The notes under the pieces were generated by a model. That model was given only the letters and a program-made list of their open reading frames with translations. It did not search any database and was not told where the DNA came from. A DNA stretch of 64,000 nt from Eledone cirrhosa. Taxonomy: Eukaryota. Both the position numbers and the translations under genes were made by a program. This document shows, piece after piece, positions 44,141 through 54,849 of the stretch; position 1 is the stretch's first letter, and each line of letters opens with the position of its first letter. The stretch spans positions 303,676,001 through 303,740,000 of the forward strand of contig OZ024741.1 in NCBI GenBank assembly GCA_964016885.1, given 5' to 3'.

Positions 44141-45049
44141 GTTCTTTGAGTCTCAGTCATTGATGTTAGTTAACTGGAAAGTTTGTTGAAATGAATATCA
44201 AGCCACTACCTGCAGCCTCAGATATTCAGGACGTATCGGAGGGTTCTTGCTGTTCCCAGCAAGCATGCCTTTTGAAGCGTTCCAAAAAGCGTGGCGGGGC
44301 CAATTTTCTTTAACCATCCCTGGAAACTTTTTGAGATAGTACCTAGTGCGCCTATGACAATCGGGACCACTTTGACTTCATGGCAGTTCCAAATCCTTTT
44401 TACCTCCCACTTTAAATCCTGGTATCGGTTAATTTTCTCCCTCTCCTTCTCTTGCACTCTCGTGTCGAATGGGCAGGCCACATCCACAATCAGGCACGAT
44501 CTTTTTTCCTTGTCCAAAACCACCAGGTCAGGTCTATTGTGTTCCAGTTTCTTGTCCGTCTGTATCCTAAAATCCCACAGCACCTTCACCTGATCGTTTT
44601 CTATCACTGACTCTGGCTTATGCTCATACCACTTCTCAGAATGTGGTAAATTGTTTACTTTGCATAGGTGCCAGTGGATCACCCTGCCCATCACATCATG
44701 TCTCCAGCCCTTATAGTGAGTCTGGGCTAGGTGTTTACACTCGGATACAATGTGAGCCACAGTCTCCTCTCTCTCTCCACAGATGCTGCACAGTGGGCTA
44801 GCCTCCTCCTTGTAAATATGGTGTTTCAACCACTTCGTTTTGAGGGCCTGCTCTTGCGCAGCTATTAGCATTCCTTCTGTAGCCTTTTTAATGTCTCCTC
44901 TTTTCAACCAGTTCCATGTCTGTGGATCACTGAATTCAGTTTTCTCAAAGAAAGTACTATGAAGGGATTTTTCATGAAGGCTGCTCTTTCTCCTTGTTGT
45001 TATTTCCTCCTTGGACATCCCCTGGTCTATTGTCCTCTCCTTCAGTACA
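44141..45049 (-). mobile_element. 5'-truncated R4/Dong-like non-LTR retrotransposon (Zn knuckle plus restriction-like endonuclease) in (TAA)n
   Basis: ORF 44218-45018: AAQEQAL, CSICGEREETVAHIVSEC, RHD, LWDFRIQTD, RPDLVV, DVACP, VPIVIGALG, LQKACLLGT. (ATT)n at 44120-44140 and 45050-45090. Confidence 0.88.
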
Positions 45050-45107
45050 TAATTATTATTATTATTATTATTGTTGTTACTATTATTATTACTTTTTTTT
45101 TTTTTTC

Positions 45108-48100
45108 AAATTCAATGATGTTCCAGAACAATATAAAAGAGATAATTGGCAATTTAGGTTCTGGAACAAAAAAGATAATTGGCAATAAGGGCAGGGGCCC
45201 CAGGTTATCACAGCCTGGGCCCGCTCGTCATCGTGCCATTGTAATAGAGCCAAACAAGGCATTTAGTCTTGGCTGCTGGAACGTACGGACGCTGCTTGAC
45301 AGGGATTCCTTGGAGCGTCCTGAACGAAGGACCGCTCTTGTTGCAAAGGGGCTTCGACGTTACGATCTTGACATCGTGGCTTTATCTGAGACGAATTTAG
45401 CTGGAGATGGTCATCTTACAGAATTTTGTGGAGAATATACATTCTTCTGGAAAGGAAGAGATGAAGGAACCAGAAGAGAGGCTGGGGTAGCATTTGCTGT
45501 TAAGACTGTTCATGTGAATAAATTAGAAGAATTCCCAGTAGGGATTAGTGAGCGTCTTATGTCCATGAGAATTCCGCTGGACAAAGGAAGATATGCGACC
45601 CTGGTGAGTGTGTATGCTCCAACTATGAATTCTGTCGATGAAGAAAAAGTGTCCTTTTACCATGCCTTGAAAGGTGTTTTAAGAAATATCCCTCAGGCAG
45701 ACAAAGTCATCGTGCTTGGTGACTTTAATGCTAGAGTGGGTAGGGATTTTAACACATGGAACGTAATCGGAAGGCATGGGGTGGGAAAGTGTAACAGCAA
45801 TGGTATGCTCCTGCTGCAGATGTGTGAGGAGCTGGATCTGTGTGTTACCAACACCATGTTCCAACAAAAGAACAAATTCAAGACCACATGGATGCATCCT
45901 GCATCTAAGGAATGGCATCTTTTGGACTACGTCCTAGTCAGGATGAGTGACAGACAGGATGTGCAGTGTGTTCGTGCTCTTCGTGGAGCTGAGTGCTGGA
46001 CGGACCACCGCCTGGTACGCGCAAAAGTGAAACTAATCACTAAACCTAAAATCCGGGCTGTGGTGTTGCCCTGCCCAAAAGATTGAATGCTGCTCGTCTT
46101 AAGGATAAAAATGTGAAGAGGACATTGCAAGGAGAGATGCAGGTTGCAGATCTTGGTGAGGATTGGCCGACCCTTAAAAAGTCGGTTTATGATGTAGGCA
46201 GGCGTGTTCTGGGATTGGTGCAGAGAAAACATCAGGATTGGTTTAATGAGAATGATGTACATATAGAAGACTTGTTGGCTGATAAGAGGCGTGCTCTGTC
46301 ACGCTACTTGACGGCAAAACCACAGGAGAGTAGTACGTTGCATGAGGAACTCAAGGATGTAAAATCACGTGTTAGGCGGAGTCTTTCTCAGATGAAGGAT
46401 CAGTGGTAGAGTGAGAAGGCTGATGAGATACAAACTGCGTCAGATTCCAATAACATAAAGCTGTTGTACAGTCTCTTGCGTGAAGTTTATGGACCGTCTT
46501 CTTCTCTGGTGACACCGCTTCGCAGCAAGGATGGCAAAGAACTTCTTCGTGACTCACAGGGAATTCTAAGAAGGTGGCGAGAGCACTTTGATGATCTTTT
46601 GAATTACCCGTCTGTCGTCAGTGAAGATTTCCTCAATCTCATTCCAGAAAGTCCTGTGAAAGTAGCTCTCGCAGAACCTCCGACGCTTGTGGAGGTTGCA
46701 GTAGCTATCTCGAAGCTGAACAGTGGAAGGTCTCCAGGTATGGATGGAATACATGCTGAGCTCCTACAATATGGTGGTGAGAGACTCCTGCAACATCTTC
46801 ACTCTTTGTTTAGCAGGATATGGGCTAATGAATCCGTACCTGAGGACTGGAGAGATGCAGTAATGATGGTCTTGTACAAGGGAAAGGGTAACAGGAATGA
46901 TTGTGGGAACTACAGAGATATATCATTGCTTTCTGTCGTAGGGAAAGTTTTATGTAGGGTGCTTCTGGACCGTCTGCTGACACACATTACAGATTGTGTT
47001 CTTCCTGAAAGTCAATCTGGTTTTCGTGCTGGACGCGGCACTACTGATGTGATCTTCTCAGCTAGACAGCTCCAGGAGAAGTGCATGGAACAAGGTTTAG
47101 ATCTGTATCAGGTTTTTGTCGATCTGACAAAAGCTTTCGATACTGTTAACAGAAATGCATTATGGAAGGTTCTCCAGAAACTTGGTTGCCCTGATAAGTT
47201 CCTTGCTTTAGTTAGGTCTTTCCATGGCGACATGAAGGCTTGGGTTAATGTCGGAGGTAACATGTCGGAGCCTATCTGAGTAAAAAATGGAGTGAAACAG
47301 GGGGTTATTCCAGCACCGACCCTGTTTGCCATATACTTTGCAATAGTTTTATGTATTGCATTCAAGAATTGCGAGCATGGTGTTTACATCCGATATCGAA
47401 CCTCAGGCAGCATATTTAACATCAGGCGCTTTGCTGCAAAGACAAAAGTATTTACATCAATCATAAGAGACCTCTTGTATGCAGATGATTGCGATCTTGT
47501 AGCGCACACAGAGAGTGATATGCAGCACATTTTGAATGCATTTTCTGACTCTTTCACTGCCCTAGGATTGACTGTCAGTCTCAAGAAAACCGTCGTCATG
47601 TACCAACCTGCCCTTGGTAAGCAGTACAGTGAACCAAATATCTATGGTCAACGACTTGGAGTGATTGATCAGTTTGTCTACCTGGGAAGCACAGTCAATC
47701 GATACAGCAACCTTGATAGTGAAATCTCACTTAGGATTAGGAAAGCAAGTGATGCTTTCGGAAAGCTAGAAAGGCGACTCTGGGGTCGGCGAAACATATG
47801 CAAGAAGACAAAGGTAAAGGTGTGCAATGCATGTGTGCTCTCTTCTCTTCTTTATGCCTGCGAGACCTGTGTCACATATCGACACCACCTTAAGCAATTG
47901 GAGCGTTTCCATCAGATGTGTCTCAGACAGATCCATGGTGTTCACTGGAGGGACCACATCAGTGATGTCGAGATTTTGGAAAGCTCTATGTGTGACAGTA
48001 CAGAAGATATTGTGCTTAAGCAACGACTCCGTTGGAGTGGTCACCTTGCCAGGATGAAAGATTCTAGAATACCAAGACAACTCTTTTATGGAGAGTTAGT

Positions 48101-48653
48101 TAAAGGAAAACGACCGCCGCATAAACCAAAAAAGAGGTATAAGGATTCCTTGAAAGCCTCTTTGAAAGACGCTAACATCTCTGCTGATACATGGGAAAAT
48201 ATTGCTGCTGATCGTAATAAATGTAGAAAGGCTGTATATGAGGGAAAAGTTGCCTTTGAGGCATCTCGAATCGCATACGAGAAAGTAAAGCGGGATGTGA
48301 GGAAGGGCATTGCTGTTGCACTTCCAGACGGCGAGGGTCCTCCTATGGTGCTGACATGCAGCGTCTGTGCGAGACTCTGCCTAAGCAAAGCTGGACTCGA
48401 AAGTCATCTTCGCAGTCACAAAGTAAGACCAGTGGTTGACTACCAGGCTGCTGTTGGAGATGCTACTCATCATGCTTGCCAAACATGTGGTAGAGAATGT
48501 AAATCAGCAGGATGGCTCATACGACATGCAAAAGTACATGAACTCCAACCACAGCCGGCTATTCCAAGTGAATGTTTTGGTTGCCGACTCTGTGCAAGAC
48601 ATTTTAGATCATTGGCTGGACTAAAAAGCTACATTCGATCGCAGCGCTGTTAA
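45108..48653 (+). pseudogene. Near full-length RTE-clade LINE (APE, RT and three C-terminal C2H2-type fingers), disrupted
   Basis: APE motifs WNVRTL, LSET, YAPT, GDFNARVG, TDHRLV. RT motifs SPGMDG, QSGFR, DLTKAFD, YADD. Frameshift near 46080, stops at 46407 and 47277. Confidence 0.92.
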
Positions 48654-48700
48654 TTGCTATCGTGTGTGTGTGTGTGTATAGATATGTTTATGTGTGTGCG

Positions 48701-48733
<33 letters not shown>

Positions 48734-48780
48734 TATTATTGTTGTTGTTGTCGTTATTATTATTGTTGTTATTATTATTA

Positions 48781-49376
48781 TGTGGGTTTATGTCGAACAC
48801 CTGCTGTCGCGTTTAGGACGGATCCGGCTATCATCTGAGTCCATCGTGAGGATTGCCCCGCCCTCCTCCTTTAGCCGGGAAGGGCAGGCAGTTTTTATCT
48901 GTCTGGTGGCCATGGCGAAAGAGATAGTATGGTGGACACGTTTGAAAGGGCTGAAGACGAGCACTTACCTCTTCGGTGATGCTCTGATTGACTTTTTCAA
49001 ATTTCATTTGAAAAGGAAAATCAGAGTAGAGAGAGAAGTGCTCTCTTCCCAGCATTTTGTTGAAAGATGGGTGAGAGAAGCAAGAATGGCCCGAGTGAAT
49101 GGGCCTACTCTGAGTATATATCTGTAAATTAAAGGTGGAAAACTGGGAGAGGGCATTTGCCTTGGTGGTCAGGGTCATTGTGGCTTTTTACTGGGCTTTC
49201 TCCACAAATGTCCCTCCGAAGTCTCCCCCCTATTGGGAAATTTTTCATTGTTGTTTTTGTTACATCCTCTGTTTTTGGTTTTTACACGCAGAAATGCCTA
49301 TTTGTACCGTCCTGCATTGTCCTGCACTGTCCTTAATGTCTACTTTATGTAAACCCTTGTGGTTAATAAAGAAATC
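48781..49376 (+). mobile_element. 5'-truncated Tx1 of a sister family inserted in (ATT)n
   Basis: WVYVEHLLSRLGRIRLSSESIV...WWTRLKGL...ARMARVNGPTLSIYL is homologous to the ORF2 ends of copies A-E. 3' end CCCTTGTGGTTAATAAAGAAATC-(ATT)n; (TTA)n upstream. Confidence 0.9.
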
Positions 49377-49426
49377 ATTATTATTATTATTGTTATTATT
49401 ATATATGTATATATATATATATATAA

Positions 49427-49846
49427 TTAAGTTAAAGATGTACATCCATATATGTATACTGAAATACTAGTATGTATATGAATACACACGTATACATATG
49501 TAGATGTACCAAGTTTTTTCACTGGTCACTTTACTGTGAGTGGCCAGCTATTCTGTATGTAAACACACAGACAAACCGGTTTTTAGAGTCATACTGGTTT
49601 TTGAGGAAACACCTTTCCTCTATTCTCCAGAAAGCCAGACAAGGAATATTGAACTAGTTTCGTTGTTGTTACAACTCATCAGCAATATTTACCTATCTTC
49701 CGGCCTCTCTAGAGAATCGTAAAAGCACATATCGTTATATGCTTTTTCTATGAACATTAGTAGTGGGCAGACTAATTTGCATAGAGTGTGAGTAAGTACC
49801 GGTTCAACGGAGACGATAAAAACAAATAACGAAACGAAATTAAATT
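49427..49846 (-). repeat. Inverted ~420-bp copy of the 467-bp hammerhead satellite unit
   Basis: Reverse complement of array positions ~50096-50519. Differs by one CA dinucleotide where checked. Confidence 0.93.
49645..49689 (-). ncRNA. Minimal type I hammerhead ribozyme (inverted unit)
   Basis: Reverse complement of the motif at 50253-50297. Confidence 0.85.
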
Positions 49847-50159
49847 AGAGAATAGAGGAAAGGTGTTTCCTCAAAAACCAGTATGACTCTAAAAACCGGT
49901 TTGTCTGTGTGTTTACATACAGAATAGCTGGCCACTCACAGTAAAGTGACCAGTGAAAAAACTTGGTACATCTACATATGTATACGTGTGTGTATTCATA
50001 TACATACTAGTATTTCAGTATACATATATGGATGTACATCTTTAACTTAATTGTTTAAGCGTCAGTCATACAAAAGTGAGTTACAAACGAAGCGAAATTT
50101 AATTTCGTTTCGTTATTTGTTTTTATCGTCTCCGTTGAACCGGTACTTACTCACACTCT

Positions 50160-50167
50160 ATGCAAAT
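50160..50167 (+). promoter_or_regulatory. Octamer motif ATGCAAAT (in every unit; also 36708-36715 in the 423-bp homologue)
   Basis: Perfect octamer conserved at the homologous position, ~90-100 nt upstream of the hammerhead core in both families. Function is inferred only. Confidence 0.5.
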
Positions 50168-50252
50168 TAGTCTGCCCACTACTAATGTTCATAGAAAAAG
50201 CATATAACGATATGTGCTTTTACGATTCTCTAGAGAGGCCGGAAGATAGGTA

Positions 50253-50297
50253 AATATTGCTGATGAGTTGTAACAACAACGAAACTAGTTCAATATT
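50253..50297 (+). ncRNA. Minimal type I hammerhead ribozyme (repeated at 50720, 51187, 51654, 52121)
   Basis: AATATTG-CTGATGA-GTTGT aaca ACAAC-GAAA-CTAG-TT-CAATATT. 7-bp stem I, 5-bp stem II, palindromic stem III (ACTAGT). Predicted cleavage after GUU at 50290. Confidence 0.88.
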
Positions 50298-52454
50298 CCT
50301 TGTCTGGCTTTCTGGAGAATAGAGGAAAGGTGTTTCCTCAAAAACCAGTATGACTCTAAAAACCGGTTTGTCTGTGTGTTTACATACAGAATAGCTGGCC
50401 ACTCACAGTAAAGTGACCAGTGAAAAAACTTGGTACATCTACATATGTATACGTGTGTGTATTCATATACATACTAGTATTTCAGTATACATATATGGAT
50501 GTACATCTTTAACTTAATTGTTTAAGCGTCAGTCATACAAAAGTGAGTTACAAACGAAGCGAAATTTAATTTCGTTTCGTTATTTGTTTTTATCGTCTCC
50601 GTTGAACCGGTACTTACTCACACTCTATGCAAATTAGTCTGCCCACTACTAATGTTCATAGAAAAAGCATATAACGATATGTGCTTTTACGATTCTCTAG
50701 AGAGGCCGGAAGATAGGTAAATATTGCTGATGAGTTGTAACAACAACGAAACTAGTTCAATATTCCTTGTCTGGCTTTCTGGAGAATAGAGGAAAGGTGT
50801 TTCCTCAAAAACCAGTATGACTCTAAAAACCGGTTTGTCTGTGTGTTTACATACAGAATAGCTGGCCACTCACAGTAAAGTGACCAGTGAAAAAACTTGG
50901 TACATCTACATATGTATACGTGTGTGTATTCATATACATACTAGTATTTCAGTATACATATATGGATGTACATCTTTAACTTAATTGTTTAAGCGTCAGT
51001 CATACAAAAGTGAGTTACAAACGAAGCGAAATTTAATTTCGTTTCGTTATTTGTTTTTATCGTCTCCGTTGAACCGGTACTTACTCACACTCTATGCAAA
51101 TTAGTCTGCCCACTACTAATGTTCATAGAAAAAGCATATAACGATATGTGCTTTTACGATTCTCTAGAGAGGCCGGAAGATAGGTAAATATTGCTGATGA
51201 GTTGTAACAACAACGAAACTAGTTCAATATTCCTTGTCTGGCTTTCTGGAGAATAGAGGAAAGGTGTTTCCTCAAAAACCAGTATGACTCTAAAAACCGG
51301 TTTGTCTGTGTGTTTACATACAGAATAGCTGGCCACTCACAGTAAAGTGACCAGTGAAAAAACTTGGTACATCTACATATGTATACGTGTGTGTATTCAT
51401 ATACATACTAGTATTTCAGTATACATATATGGATGTACATCTTTAACTTAATTGTTTAAGCGTCAGTCATACAAAAGTGAGTTACAAACGAAGCGAAATT
51501 TAATTTCGTTTCGTTATTTGTTTTTATCGTCTCCGTTGAACCGGTACTTACTCACACTCTATGCAAATTAGTCTGCCCACTACTAATGTTCATAGAAAAA
51601 GCATATAACGATATGTGCTTTTACGATTCTCTAGAGAGGCCGGAAGATAGGTAAATATTGCTGATGAGTTGTAACAACAACGAAACTAGTTCAATATTCC
51701 TTGTCTGGCTTTCTGGAGAATAGAGGAAAGGTGTTTCCTCAAAAACCAGTATGACTCTAAAAACCGGTTTGTCTGTGTGTTTACATACAGAATAGCTGGC
51801 CACTCACAGTAAAGTGACCAGTGAAAAAACTTGGTACATCTACATATGTATACGTGTGTGTATTCATATACATACTAGTATTTCAGTATACATATATGGA
51901 TGTACATCTTTAACTTAATTGTTTAAGCGTCAGTCATACAAAAGTGAGTTACAAACGAAGCGAAATTTAATTTCGTTTCGTTATTTGTTTTTATCGTCTC
52001 CGTTGAACCGGTACTTACTCACACTCTATGCAAATTAGTCTGCCCACTACTAATGTTCATAGAAAAAGCATATAACGATATGTGCTTTTACGATTCTCTA
52101 GAGAGGCCGGAAGATAGGTAAATATTGCTGATGAGTTGTAACAACAACGAAACTAGTTCAATATTCCTTGTCTGGCTTTCTGGAGAATAGAGGAAAGGTG
52201 TTTCCTCAAAAACCAGTATGACTCTAAAAACCGGTTTGTCTGTGTGTTTACATACAGAATAGCTGGCCACTCACAGTAAAGTGACCAGTGAAAAAACTTG
52301 GTACATCTACATATGTATACGTGTGTGTATTCATATACATACTAGTATTTCAGTATACATATATGGATGTACATCTTTAACTTAATTGTTTAAGCGTCAG
52401 TCATACAAAAGTGAGTTACAAACGAAGCGAAATTTAATTTCGTTTCGTTATTTG

Positions 52455-52529
<75 letters not shown>

Positions 52530-52674
52530 ATATATATTTTTTTCTCGTGCAATGGCCATACTCGATAACGAGGGGCCAGCCATCATGTATGTATGTATGT
52601 ATGTATGTATGTGTGTATGTATGTATGTATGTATGTATGTATGTATGTAGTATGTATGTATGTATGTATGCATC

Positions 52675-52841
52675 TGGGTTAAAAAGCCACATTCGATCGC
52701 ATCGCTGTTAGTTGCTATTGTGTGTGCGTGTGTATAGATATGTTTATGTGTGTGCGTATATATATATGTATATTATTATTGTTTTTGTTGTCGTTATTAT
52801 TATTGTTGTTATTATTATTATTAGTGTTATTAATATATATG

Positions 52842-52918
<77 letters not shown>

Positions 52919-52977
52919 TTATTTTTATTTTTTTCTCGTGCAATGGCCATACTCGATAACGAGGCGGCAGCCATCAT
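52675..52977 (+). repeat. Local duplicate of the RTE 3' end and flanks, lacking the Tx1 and satellite insertions (empty-site paralogue)
   Basis: 52681-52840 matches 48623-48780 plus 49377-49426. 52930-52977 matches 52540-52586. Confidence 0.85.
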
Positions 52978-53910
52978 ATATAGACAAGTAACTTCTGATT
53001 GAGTCATAGGGGAGCCGTTGTAACATACGACATATCTCGGACACTTTTAAACCTGGCAACGCCCATTCCCTCTCCATGTCTGAACACAGCCAATTTATTC
53101 CAGAGAAGGAGAGAGAAATTAGAGAGAAAGAGATATAGAAGAAGAATCGATTTCAGTGCTTCGCTGGTACCGTTTTTTATCGACCTGTTGAAGAACGGGT
53201 CGCAGGTGGCGGATAGCGATACGGCCACCAGATATGATGGTTAGTTGCGACATAAGCTGCCAGAGGAATAAGCAGCCCCAGACCAACAGCGGTAAACTAA
53301 TAGAGATGGAGCAACGGGTGACACCTGTAGTTCCCAAGAAAACTCTCATAAGCCAGTGACATAGGTACGACGAGGTGAGTAAAGGCCGCCTCTAAAATTA
53401 ACCTAGTCTTCGCGGGTTTCACAATGTACCAGATTAGTGATTGGCACGAATAAGACCACAGAAACTGCTATATGTTGTGGAGAAAGAAAAAAAAAGAACC
53501 AAACCGCATCGCCCTTCGCGCAGGTTAACAAGGGTCGTGTCCAGGCCGCAGGTAGAGGGGCCGGTTCGTAAAATATATTGCAGTCTCCATTTCATGCTGC
53601 AAAAACTGGCGATGGGCCTGGAAAGCGTGGGATGGAAGCACAAAGATTGCATGTCTCGAAACCTCAAGGTGCCTTGTTCTTTTCGTCTTGTTTTGGATAA
53701 ACACTCACTTATTATATCTTAAGAAGGCTTTGCAGACGTCTATTATCCTAAATACCATGGTCACCTGTAGAATATAAATTATGGTGCTACATTTTTTTCT
53801 CCAAGAATTCAAGTTCAGTCATACATTGATCAAAGTGGGTTGGTACTTAAGCACAATGTCAACAGTTTTGGGTGAATGGGAAAGTCGGTTATATCAACTA
53901 CATAACTTAA

Positions 53911-54041
53911 CTGGTACTTTATTTTATCGACCCCGTGAGGATAAAAGCAAAGTCGACCTCTCCGGGATGTGAACCCATAATGTAAAGAGACAGAACAAAG
54001 ACTGCAAAGCATTTTATCCAACGCTCTAACGATTCTAACAA
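53911..54041 (-). mobile_element. tRNA-like SINE (GTCGATAAAATAAA family), decayed
   Basis: CTGGTACTTTATTTTATCGACCCC...AAAGTCGACCTC. Confidence 0.7.
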
Positions 54042-54849
54042 TCCACTACCTCTGTCTTGCTTCAATAATAATGGATTTAAAGCTGAAAGTGTATTTTGGG
54101 ATTTACACATTCCTCATCACTGATGAATAGATATCTTCTTTCGCCTGTATTTTTCTTATTACATTGATCTCAAGTGGACAGCTTACTTCCACCAAAAAGC
54201 ATATTCTATTTTGTTGGCCTAAACAACAGTATTAAGCTGATTGTGTTTTAATTTAGTGACAGTTTTTATTCTTAGGTTCCACCAGTATTCATTTGGTTCA
54301 TTGATTTCAATATGTGCATCTTTATTTGTTGTTATTTGTTTCTTTTCTCACTCTATTCCGGGTTATTCTGGATACCATATCATGTCATATAGGAAGGTAT
54401 ATCTAAACGATATTATCTCACAGTTGGCAATAATATGTTTAACGTTTTCCTTTCTCATTCTATTCCATGTTGTTCTGGCTACCACATCATGTCAGATAGG
54501 AAAATGTATCTAAACGACGTTCTCTCATTGTTGGCAATAATGTGGTTTATTATTTCCAGTTTTGTTTTACATGGTTAATATTTGTTGTTAATTGATGATT
54601 TCTGTATTTTGTGAAGAAGTTACTCGCTGAGAATTCCTGCTCCTGGAATGCATGGATGTCACATTCCAGGTCAGATGGTATAACATTGTTGCTACTCTCT
54701 GCCAAAGGTTTAGGGGGGGTTGAGTCCCTGTATTTTTATGATTTTCATTTCAAGTACACATATACAGGTCTATTTTTGAGATTTTGTTGTAGAGTTGTGT
54801 CGGATTTTCCAGTCTCCTTTTAAGAGAGATCTGTGTCAGTTGGTATGAT

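Larger units (their letters stand above)
49848..52460 (+). repeat. 467-bp tandem array (~5.6 near-identical units), each unit with a hammerhead and an octamer: retrozyme-like satellite
   Basis: Exact 467 periodicity (CTGATGA at 50260, 50727, 51194, 51661, 52128). The array ends in (TA)n. Confidence 0.95.

Noticed and set aside
49540-52270. Repeated 60-aa ORF MASYSVCKHTDK...
   Set aside because: GTG start, antisense to the ribozyme, and no counterpart seen in the 423-bp homologue.
49848-52460. CRISPR-like array interpretation of this and the 40-bp or 41/44-bp repeats
   Set aside because: No unique spacers, no cas genes, and a eukaryotic context.
52990-53720. Possible LINE remnant or exon (also 58080-58610 and 60030-60340)
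   Set aside because: Only vague peptide resemblance and no motif I can support.
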